Below, one piece after another: positions 10,213 through 22,200 of a stretch of 64,000 nt of DNA. This DNA comes from Eledone cirrhosa. Lineage: Eukaryota. The position numbers and the translations under genes were made by a program. How positions within the stretch are numbered: the first letter of the stretch is position 1; every line of letters starts with the position of its first letter. The stretch is taken from assembly GCA_964016885.1 (NCBI GenBank), contig OZ024749.1:16988001-17052000 (forward strand), written 5' to 3'. The notes beneath the pieces were generated by a model that was not told where the DNA came from, made no database searches, and worked only from the letters and a program-made list of their open reading frames with translations.

Positions 10213-13200
10213 CCATATTGACAGTGTCGGCTGGGTGCTTTTTGCTGTGTCTTTCACATGTCCACTTTACAGCATGGGCTGGGTCCTTTTTGCTGTGTCT
10301 TTCACATGTCCATTTTACAGCATGGGCTGGGTACTTTTTGCTGTGTCTCTCACATGTCCACTTTACAGCATGAGCTGGGTGCTTTTTGCTGTGTCTTTCA
10401 CATGTCCACTTTACAGCATGGGCTGGGTGCTTTTTGTTGTGTTTTTCACATGTCCACTTTACAGCATGGGCTAGGTGCTTTTTGCTGTGTCTCTCACATG
10501 TCCACTTTACAGCATGGGCTGGGTGCTTTTTGCTGTGTCTCTCAAACGTCCACTCTACAGCATGGGCTGGGTGCTTTTTGCTGTGTCTCTCACACATCCA
10601 CTCTACAGCATGGGCTGGGTACTTTTTGCTGTGTCTCTCCACATGTCCACTTTACAGCATGGGCTGGGTGCTCTTTGCTGTGTCTCTCACATGTCCACTT
10701 TACAGCATGGGCTGGGTGCTTTTTGCTGTGTCTTTCACATGTCCACTTTACAGCATGGGCTGGGTGCTTTTTGCTGTGTCTCTCACACGTCCACTCTACA
10801 GCATGGGCTGGGTGCTTTTTGCTGTGTCTCTCACACGTCCACTCTACAGCATGGGCTGGGTGCTTTTTGCTGTGTCTCTCACACGTCCACTCTACAGCAT
10901 GGGCTGGGTGCTTTTTGCTGTGTCTCTCACACATCCACTCTACAGCATGGGCTGGGTGCTTTTTGCTGTGTTTTTCACATGTTCAATTTACAGCGTGGGC
11001 TGGGTGCTTTTTGCTGTGTCTCTCACACGTCCACTCTACAGCATGGGCTGGGTGCTTTTTGCTGTGTCTCTCACACGTCCACTCTACAGCATGGGCTGGG
11101 TGCTTTTTGCTGTGTTTTTCACATGTTCAATTTACAGCATGGGCTGGGTGCTTTTTGCTGTGTCTCTCACACATCCACTCTACAGCATGGGCTGGGTACT
11201 TTTTGCTGTGTCTCTCCACATGTCCACTTTACAGCATGGGCTGGGTGCTCTTTGCTGTGTCTCTCACATGTCCACTTTACAGCATGGGCTGGGTGCTTTT
11301 TGCTGTGTCTTTCACATGTCCACTTTACAGCATGGGCTGGGTGCTTTTTGCTGTGTCTCTCACACGTCCACTCTACAGCATGGGCTGGGTGCTTTTTGCT
11401 GTGTCTCTCACACGTCCACTCTACAGCATGGGCTGGGTGCTTTTTGCTGTGTCTCTCACACGTCCACTCTACAGCATGGGCTGGGTGTTTTTTGCTGTGT
11501 CTCTCACACGTCCACTCTACAGCATGGGCTGGGTGCTTTTTGCTGTGTCTCTCACACGTCCACTCTACAGCATGGGCTGGGTGCTTTTTGCTGTGTTTTT
11601 CACATGTTCAATTTACGGCGTGGGCTGGGTGCTTTTTGCTTTGTCTCTCACATGTCCACTTTACAGCATGGGCTGGGTGCTTTTTGCTGTGTCTCTCACA
11701 TGTCCACTTTACAGCATGGGCTGGGTACTTTTTACTTTGTCTCTCACATGTCTATTTTACAGCATGGGCTGGGTGCTTTTTACTTTGTCTCTCACATGTC
11801 TATTTTACAGCATGGGCTGGGTGCTTTTTGCTGTGTCTCTCACATGTCTACTTTACAGCATGGGCTGGGTACTTTTTACTTTGTCTCTCACATGTCTACT
11901 TTACAGCATGGGCTGGGTGCTTTTTGCTGTGTCTCTCACATGTCTACTTTACAGCATGGGCTGGGTACTTTTTACTTTGTCTCTCACATGTCTACTTTAC
12001 AGCATGGGCTGGGTGCTTTTTGCTGTGTCTCTAACATGTCCAATTTACAGCATGGGCTGGGTGCTTTTTACTTTGTCTCTCACATGTCTACTTTACAGCA
12101 TGGGCTGGGTGCTTTTTACTTTGTCCCTCACATGTCTACTTTACAGCATGGGCTGGGTGCTTTTTGCTGTGTCTCTCACATGTCCACTTTACAGCATGGG
12201 CTGGGTGCTTTTTGCTGTGTCTCTCACATGTCCACTTTACAGCATGGGCTGGGTGTTTTTGCTGTGTCTCTAACATGTCCACTCTACAGCATGGGCTGGT
12301 GCTTTTTGCTTTGTCTCTCACATGTCCACTCTACGGCATGGGCTGGGTGCTTTTTGCTGTGTCTCTCACATGTCCACTTTAGAGCATGGGCTGGGTGCTT
12401 TTTGCTGTGTCTCTCACATGTCCACTCTACAGCATGGGCTGGGTGCTTTTTGCTGTGTCTCTCATGTGTCCACTTTACAGCATGGGCTGGGTGCTTTTTG
12501 CTGTGTCTCTCACATGTCCACTTTACAGCATGGGCTGGCTGCTTTTTGCTGTGTCTCTCACATGTCCAATTTACAGCATGGGCTGGGTGCTTTTTGCTGT
12601 GTCTCTCACATGTCCACTCTACAGCATGGGCTGGCTGCTTTTTTCTGTGTCTCTCACATGTCCACTTTACAGCATGGGCTGGGTGCTTTTTGCTGTGTCT
12701 CTCACATGTCCACTTTACAGCATGGGCTGGGTGCTTTTTGCTGTGTCTTTCACATGTCCACTTTACAGCATGGGCTGGGTGCTTTTTGCTGTGTCTCTCA
12801 CATGTCCACTTTACAGCATGGGCTGGGTGCTTTTTGCTGTGTCTTTCACATGTCCACTTTACAGCATGGGCTGGGTGCTTTTTGCTGTGTCTTTCACATG
12901 TCCACTCTATAGCATGGGGTGGGTGCTTTTTTCTGTGTCTCTCACATGTCCCCTCTACAGCATGGGCTAGGTGCTTTTTGCTGTGTCTCTCACATATCCA
13001 CTCTACAGCATGGGCTCGGTACTTTTTGCTGTGTCTCTCACATGTCCACTTTACAGCATGGGCTGGGTGCTCTTTGATGTGTCTCTCACATGTCCACTTT
13101 ACAGCATGGGCTGGGTGCTTTTTGCTGTGTCTTTCACATGTCTACTCTATAGAATGGGCTGGGTGCTTTTTGCTGTGTCTCTCACATGTCCCCTCTACAG

Positions 13201-16200
13201 CATAGGCTAGGTGCTTTTTGCTGTGTCTCTCACACATCCACTCTACAGCATGGGCTGGGTGCTTTTTGCTGTGTTTTTCACATGTCCAATTTACAGCGTC
13301 GGCTGGGTGCTTTTTGCTGTGTTTTTCACATGTCCACTTTACAGCATGGGCTGGGTGCTTTTTGCTGTGTCTCTAACATGTCCACTTTACAGCATGGGCT
13401 GGGTGCTTTTTGCTTTGTCTCTCACATGTCCACTTTACAGCATGGGCTGGGTGCTTTTTGCTGTGTCTCTCACATGTCCACTTTACAGCATGGGCTGGGT
13501 GATTTTGCTGTGTCTCTAACATGTCCACTCTACAGCATGGGCTGGGTGCTTTTTGCTGTGTCTCTCACATGTCCACTCTACAGCAGGGGCTGGCTGCTTT
13601 TTTCTGCGTCTCTCACATGTCCACTTCACAGCATGGGCTGGGTGCTTTTTGCTGTGTCTCTCACATGTCCTCTTTACAGCATGGGCTGGGTGCTTTTTGC
13701 TGTGTCTTTCACATGTCCACTTTACAGCATGGGCTGGGTGCTTTTTGCTGTGTCTCTCACATGTCCACTTTACAGCATGGGCTGGGTGCTTTTTGCTGTG
13801 TCTTTCACATGTCCACTTTGCAGCATGGGCTGGGTGCTTTTTGTTGTGTCTCTCACATGTCCACATTACAGCATGGGCTGGGTGCTTTTTGCTGTGTCTC
13901 TCACATGTCCACTTTACAGCATGGGCTGGGTGATTTTGCTGTGTCTCTAACATGTCCACTCTACAGCATGGGCTGGGTGCTTTTTGCTGTGTCTCTCACA
14001 TGTCCACTCTACAGCAGGGGCTGGCTGCTTTTTTCTGCGTCTCTCACATGTCCACTTTACAGCATGGGCTGGGTGCTTTTTGCTGTGTCTCTCACATGTC
14101 CTCTTTACATCATGGGCTGGGTGCTTTTTGCTGTGTCTTTCACATGTCCACTTTACAGCATGGGCTGGGTGCTTTTTGCTGTGTCTTTCACATGTCCACT
14201 TTACAGCATGGGCTGGGTGCTTTTTGCTGTGTCTCTCATATGTCCACTTTACAGCATGGGCTGGGTGCTTTTTGCTGTGTCTTTCACATGTCCACTTTGC
14301 AGCATGGGCTGGGTGCTTTTTGTTGTGTCTCTCACATGTCCACATTACAGCATGGGCTGGGTGCTTTTTGCTGTGTCTTTCACATGTCCACTTTACAGCA
14401 TGGGCTGGCTGCTTTTTGCTGTGTCTCTCACATGTCCACTTTACAGCATGGGCTTGGTGCTTTTTGCTGTGTCTTTCACATGTTCACTCTATAGCATGGG
14501 CTGGGTGCTTTTTTCTGTGTCTCTCACATGTCCCCTCTACAGCATGGGCTAGGTGCTTTTTGCTGTGTCTCTCAAACATCCACTCTACAGCATGGGCTGG
14601 ATACTTTTTGCTGTGTCTCTCACATGTCCACTCTACAGCTGGGGCTGGCTGCTTTTTTCTGTGTCTCTCACATGTCCACTTTACAGCATGGGCTGGGTGC
14701 TTTTTGCTGTGTCTCTCACATGTCCTCTTTACAGCATGGGCTGGGTGATTTTTTCTGTGTCTTTCACATGTTCAATTTACAGCGTGGGCTGGGTGCTTTT
14801 TGCTGTGTCTCTCACACGTCCACTCTACAGCATGGGCTGGGTGCTTTTTGCTGTGTCTCTCACACGTCCACTCTACAGCATGGGCTGGGTGCTTTTTGCT
14901 GTGTTTTTCACATGTTCAATTTACAGCGTGGGCTGGGTGCTTTTTGCTTTGTCTCTCACATGTCCACTTTACAGCATGGGCTGGGTGCTTTTTGCTGTGT
15001 CTCTCACATGTCCACTTTACAGCATGGGCTGGGTACTTTTTACTTTGTCTCTCACATGTCTACTTTACAGCATGGGCTGGGTGCTTTTTACTTTGTCTCT
15101 CACATGTCCACTTTACAGCATGGGCTGGGTGCTTTTTGCTGTGTCTCTCACATGTCTACTTTACAGCATGGGCTGGGTACTTTTTACTTTGTCTCTCACA
15201 TGTCTACTTTACAGCATGGGCTGGGTGCTTTTTGCTGTGTCTCTCACATGTCTACTTTACAGCATGGGCTGGGTACTTTTTACTTTGTCTCTCACATGTC
15301 TACTTTACAGCATGGGCTGGGTGCTTTTTGCTGTGTCTCTAACATGTCCACTTTACAGCATGGGCTGGGTGCTTTTTACTTTGTCTCTCACATGTCTACT
15401 TTACAGCATGGGCTGGGTGCTTTTTACTTTGTCTCTCACATGTCTACTTTACAGCATGGGCTGGGTGCTTTTTGCTGTGTCTCTCACATGTCCACTTTAC
15501 AGCATGGGCTGGTTGTTTTTGCTGTGTCTCTAACATGTCCACTCTACAGCATGGGCTGGTGCTTTTTGCTGTGTCTCTCACATGTCCACTCTACGGCATG
15601 GGCTGGGTGCTTTTTGCTGTGTCTCTCACATGTCCACTTTACAGCATGGGCTGGGTGCTTTTTGCTGTGTCTCTCACATGTCCACTCTACAGCATGGGCT
15701 GGGTGCTTTTTGCTGTGTCTCTCACGTGTCCACTTTACAGCATGGGCTGGGTGCTTTTTGCTGTGTCTCTCACATGTCCACTTTACAGCATGGGCTGGCT
15801 GCTTTTTGCTGTGTCTCTCACATGTCCAATTTACAGCATGGGCTGGGTGCTTTTTGCTGTGTCTCTCACATGTCCACTCTACAGCATGGGCTGGCTGCTT
15901 TTTTCTGTGTCTCTCACATGTCCACTTTACAGCATGGGCTGGGTGCTTTTTGCTGTGTCTCTCACATGTCCACTTTACAGCATGGGCTGGGTGCTTTTTG
16001 CTGTGTCTTTCACATGTCCACTTTACAGCATGGGCTGGGTGCTTTTTGCTGTGTCTTTCACATGTCCACTCTATAGCATGGGGTGGGTGCTTTTTTCTGT
16101 GTCTCTCACATGTCTACTTTACAGCATGGGCTGGGTGCTTTTTGCTGTGTCTCTCACATGTCTACTTTACAGCATGGGCTGGGTACTTTTTACTTTGTCT

Positions 16201-19200
16201 CTCACATGTCTACTTTACAGCATGGGCTGGGTGCTTTTTGCTGTGTCTCTCACATGTCTACTTTACAGCATGGGCTGGGTACTTTTTACTTTGTCTCTCA
16301 CATGTCTACTTTACAGCATGGGCTGGGTGCTTTTTGCTGTGTCTCTAACATGTCCAATTTACAGCATGGGCTGGGTGCTTTTTACTTTGTCTCTCACATG
16401 TCTACTTTACAGCATGGGCTGGGTGCTTTTTACTTTGTCCCTCACATGTCTACTTTACAGCATGGGCTGGGTGCTTTTTGCTGTGTCTCTCACATGTCCA
16501 CTTTACAGCATGGGCTGGGTGCTTTTTGCTGTGTCTCTCACATGTCCACTTTACAGCATGGGCTGGGTGTTTTTGCTGTGTCTCTAACATGTCCACTCTA
16601 CAGCATGGGCTGGTTCTTTTTGCTTTGTCTCTCACATGTCCACTCTACGGCATGGGCTGGGTGCTTTTTGCTGTGTCTCTCACATGTCCACTTTACAGCA
16701 TGGGCTGGGTGCTTTTTGCTGTGTCTCTCACATGTCCACTCTACAGCATGGGCTGGGTGCTTTTTGCTGTGTCTCTCATGTGTCCACTTTACAGCATGGG
16801 CTGGGTGCTTTTTGCTGTGTCTCTCACATGTCCACTTTACAGCATGGGCTGGCTGCTTTTTGCTGTGTCTCTCACATGTCCAATTTACAGCATGGGCTGG
16901 GTGCTTTTTGCTGTGTCTCTCACATGTCCACTCTACAGCATGGGCTGGCTGCTTTTTTCTGTGTCTCTCACATGTCCACTTTACAGCATGGGCTGGGTGC
17001 TTTTTGCCGTGTCTCTCACATGGCCACTTTACAGCATGGGCTGGGTGCTTTTTGCTGTGTCTCTCACATGTCCACTCTATAGCATGGGGTGGGTGCTTTT
17101 TTCTGTGTCTCTCACATGTCCCCTCTACAGCATGGGCTAGGTGCTTTTTGCTGTGTCTCTCACACATCCACTCTACAGCATGGGCTCGGTACTTTTTGCT
17201 GTGTCTCTCACATGTCCACTTTACAGCATGGGCTGGGTGCTCTTTGATGTGTCTCTCACATGTCCACTTTACAGCATGGGCTGGGTGCTTTTTGCTGTGT
17301 CTTTCACATGTCCACTCTATAGAATGGGCTGGGTGCTTTTTGCTGTGTCTCTCACATGTCCCCTCTACAGCATGGGCTAGGTGCTTTTTGCTGTGTCTCT
17401 CACACATCCACTCTACAGCATGGGCTGGGTGCTTTTTGCTGTGTTTTTCACATGTCCAATTTACAGCGTGGGCTGGGTGCTTTTTGCTGTGTCTTTCACA
17501 TGTCCACTTTGCAGCATGGGCTGGGTGCTTTTTGCTGTGTCTCTCACATGTCCACATTACAACAAGGGCTGGGTGCTTTTTGCTGTGTCTTTCACATGTC
17601 CACTTTACAGCATGGGCTGGGTGCTTTTTGCTGTGTCTCTCACATGTCCACTTTACAGCATGGGCTTGGTGCTTTTTGCTGTGTCTTTCACATATCCACT
17701 CTATAGCATGGGCTGGGTGCTTTTTTCTGTGTCTCTCACATGTCCCCTCTACAGCATGGGCTAGGTGCTTTTTGCTGTGTCTCTCAAACATCCACTCTAC
17801 AGCATGGGCTGGATACTTTTTGCTGTGTCTCTCACATGTCCACTCTACAGCAGGGGCTGGCTGCTTTTTTCTGTGTCTCTCACATGTCCACTTTACAGCA
17901 TGGGCTGGGTGCTTTTTGCTGTGTCTTTCACATGTTCAATTTACAGCGTGGGCTGGGTGCTTTTTGCTGTGTCTCTCACACGTCCACTCTACAGCATGGG
18001 CTGGGTGCTTTTTGCTGTGTCTCTCACACGTCCACTCTACAGCATGGGCTGGGTGCTTTTTGCTGTGTTTTTCACATGTTCAATTTACAGCGTGGGCTGG
18101 GTGCTTTTTGCTTTGTCTCTCACATGTCCACTTTACAGCATGGGCTGGGTGCTTTTTGCTGTGTCTCTCACATGTCCACTTTACAGCATGGGCTGGGTAC
18201 TTTTTACTTTGTCTCTCACATGTCTACTTTACAGCATGGGCTGGGTGCTTTTTACTTTGTCTCTCACATGTCCACTTTACAGCATGGGCTGGGTGGTTTT
18301 TGCTGTGTCTCTCACATGTCTACTTTACAGCATGGGCTGGGTACTTTTTACTTTGTCTCTCACATGTCTACTTTACAGCATGGGCTGGGTGCTTTTTGCT
18401 GTGTCTCTCACATGTCTACTTTACAGCATGGGCTGGGTACTTTTTACTTTGTTTCTCACATGTCTACTTTACAGCATGGGCTGGGTGCTTCTTGCTGTGT
18501 CTCTAACATGTCCACTTTACAGCATGGGCTGGGTGCTTTTTACTTTGTCTCTCACATGTCTACTTTACAGCATGGGCTGGGTGCTTTTTACTTTGTCTCT
18601 CACATGTCTACTTTACAGCATGGGCTGGGTGCTTTTTGCTGTGTCTCTCACGTGTCCACTTTACAGCATGGGCTGGGTGCTTTTTGCTGTGTCTCTCACA
18701 TGTCCACTTTACAGCATGGGCTGGCTGCTTTTTGCTGTGTCTCTCACATGTCCAATTTACAGCATGGGCTGGGTGCTTTTTGCTGTGTCTCTCACATGTC
18801 CACTCTACAGCATGGGCTGGCTGCTTTTTTCTGTGTCTCTCACATGTCCACTTTACAGCATGGGGTGGGTGCTTTTTGCTGTGTCTCTCACATGTCCACT
18901 TCACAGCATGGGCTGGGTGCTTTTTGCTGTGTCTTTCACATGTCCACTTTACAGCATGGGCTGGGTGCTTTTTGCTGTGTCTTTCACATGTCCACTCTAT
19001 AGCATGGGGTGGGTGCTTTTTTCTGTGTCTCTCACATGTCCCCTCTACAGCATGGGCTAGGTGCTTTTTGCTGTGTCTCTCACACATCCACTCTACAGCA
19101 TGGGCTCGGTACTTTTTGCTGTGTCTCTCACATGTCCACTTTACAGCATGGGCTGGGTGCTCTTTGATGTGTCTCTCACATGTCCACTTTACAGCAGGGG

Positions 19201-22200
19201 CTGGGTGCTTTTTGCTGTGTCTCTCACATGTCCCCTCTACAGCATGGGCTAGGTGCTTTTTGCTGTGTCTCTCACACATCCACTCTACAGCATGGGCTGG
19301 GTGCTTTTTGCTGTTTTTCACATGTCCAATTTACAGCGTGGGCTGGGTGCTTTTTGCTGTGTCTTTCACATGTCCACTTTGCAGCATGGGCTGGGTGCTT
19401 TTTGCTGTGTCTCTCACATGTCCACATTACAGCATGGGCTGGGTGCTTTTTGCTGTGTCTTTCACATGTCCACTTTACAGCATGGGCTGGGTGCTTTTTG
19501 CTGTGTCTCTCACATGTCCACTTTACAGCATGGGCTTGGTGCTTTTTGCTGTGTCTTTCACATGTCCACTCTATAGCATGGGCTGGGTGCTTTTTTCTGT
19601 GTCTCTCACATGTCCCCTCTACAGCATGGGCTAGGTGCTTTTTGCTGTGTCTCTCAAACATCCACTCTACAGCATGGGCTGGATACTTTTTGCTGTGTCT
19701 CTCACATGTCCACTCTACAGCAGGGGCTGGCTGCTTTTTTCTGTGTCTCTCACATGTCCACTTTACAGCATGGGCTGGGTGCTTTTTGCTGTGTCTCTCA
19801 CATGTCCTCTTTACAGCATGGGCTGGGTGCTTATTGCTGTGTCTTTCACATGTTCAATTTACAGTGTGGGCTGGGTGCTTTTTGCTGTGTCTCTCACACG
19901 TCCACTCTACAGCATGGGCTGGGTGCTTTTTGCTGTGTCTCTCACACGTCCACTCTACAGCATGGGCTGGGTGCTTTTTGCTGTGTTTTTCACATGTTCA
20001 ATTTACAGCGTGGGCTGGGTGCTTTTTGCTTTGTCTCTCACATGTCCACTTTACAGCATGGGCTGGGTGCTTTTTGCTGTGTCTCTCACATGTCCACTTT
20101 ACAGCATGGTCTGGGTACTTTTTACTTTGTCTCTCACATGTCTACTTTACAGCATGGGCTGGGTGCTTTTTACTTTGTCTCTCACATGTCCACTTTACAG
20201 CATGGGCTGGGTGCTTTTTGCTGTGTCTCTCACATGTCTACTTTACAGCATGGGCTGGGTACTTTTTACTTTGTCTCTCACATGTCTACTTTACAGCATG
20301 GGCTGGGTGCTTTTTGCTGTGTCTCTCACATGTCTACTTTACAGCATGGGCTGGGTACTTTTTACTTTGTCTCTCACATGTCTACTTTACAGCATGGGCT
20401 GGGTGCTTTTTGCTGTGTCTCTAACATGTCCACTTTACAGCATGGGCTGGGTGCTTTTTACTTTGTCTCTCACATGTCTACTTTACAGCATGGGCTGGGT
20501 GCTTTTTACTTTGTCTCTCACATGTCTACTTTACAGCATGGGCTGGGTGCTTTTTGCTGTGTCTCTCACATGTCCACTTTACAGCATGGGCTGGGTGCTT
20601 TTTGCTGTGTCTCTCACATGTCTACTTTACAGCATGGGCTGGGTGTTTTTGCTGTGTCTCTCACATGTCCACTTTACAGCATGGGCTGGGTGCTTTTTGC
20701 TGTGTCTCTCACATGTCCACTCTACAGCATGGGCTGGGTGCTTTTTGCTGTGTCTCTCACATGTCCACTTTACAGCATGGGCTGGGTGCTTTTTGCTGTG
20801 TCTCTCACATGTCCACTTTACAGCATGGGCTGGGTGATTTTGCTGTGTCTCTAACATGTCCACTCTACAGCATGGGCTGGGTGCTTTTTGCTGTGTCTCT
20901 CACATGTCCACTCTACAGCATGGGCTGGGTGCTTTTTGCTCTGTCTCTCACATGTCCACTCTACAGCAGGGGCTGGCTGCTTTTTTCTGTGTCTCTCACA
21001 TGTCCACTTTACAGCATGGGCTGGGTGCTTTTTGCTGTGTCTCTCACATGTCCACTTTACAGCATGGGCTGGGTGCTTTTTGCTGTGTCTCTCACATGTC
21101 TACTTTACAGCATGGGCTGGGTGTTTTTGCTGTGTCTCTCACATGTCCACTTTACAGCATGGGCTGGGTGCTTTTTGCTGTGTCTCTCACATGTCCACTC
21201 TACAGCATGGGCTGGGTGCTTTTTGCTGTGTCTCTCACATGTCCACTTTACAGCATGGGCTGGGTGCTTTTTGCTGTGTCTCTCACATGTCCACTTTACA
21301 GCATGGGCTGGGTGATTTTGCTGTGTCTCTAACATGTCCACTCTACAGCATGGGCTGGGTGCTTTTTGCTGTGTCTCTCACATGTCCACTCTACAGCATG
21401 GGCTGGGTGCTTTTTGCTCTGTCTCTCACATGTCCACTCTACAGCAGGGGCTGGCTGCTTTTTTCTGTGTCTCTCACATGTCCACTTTACAGCATGGGCT
21501 GGGTGCTTTTTGCTGTGTCTTTCACATGTCCACTTTACAGCATGGGCTGGGTGCTTTTTGCTGTGTCTCTCACATGTCCACTTTCCAGCATGGGCTGGGT
21601 GCTTTTTGCTGTGTCTTTCACATGTCCACTTTGCAGCATGGGCTGGGTGCTTTTTGCTGTGTCTCTCACATGTCCACATTACAGCATGGGCTGGGTGCTT
21701 TTAGCTGTGTCTTTCACATGTCCACTTTACAGCATGGGCTGGGTGCTTTTTACTTTGTCTCTCACATGTCCACTTTACAGCATGGGCTGGGTGCTTTTTG
21801 CTGTGTCTCTCACATGTCTACTTTACAGCATGGGCTGGGTGCTTTTTGCTGTGTCTCTCACATGTCTACTTTACAGCATGGGCTGGGTACTTTTTACTTT
21901 GTCTCTCACATGTCTACTTTACAGCATGGGCTGGGTGCTTTTTGCTGTGTCTCTAACATGTCCACTTTACAGCATGGGCTGGGTGCTTTTTACTTTGTCT
22001 CTCACATGTCTACTTTACAGCATGGGCTGGGTGCTTTTTACTTTGTCTCTCACATGTCTACTTTACAGCATGGGCTGGGTGCTTTTTGCTGTGTCTCTCA
22101 CATGTCCACTTTACAGCATGGGCTGGGTGCTTTTTGCTGTGTCTCTCACATGTCCACTTTACAGCATGGGCTGGGTGTTTTTGCTGTGTCTCTAACATGT

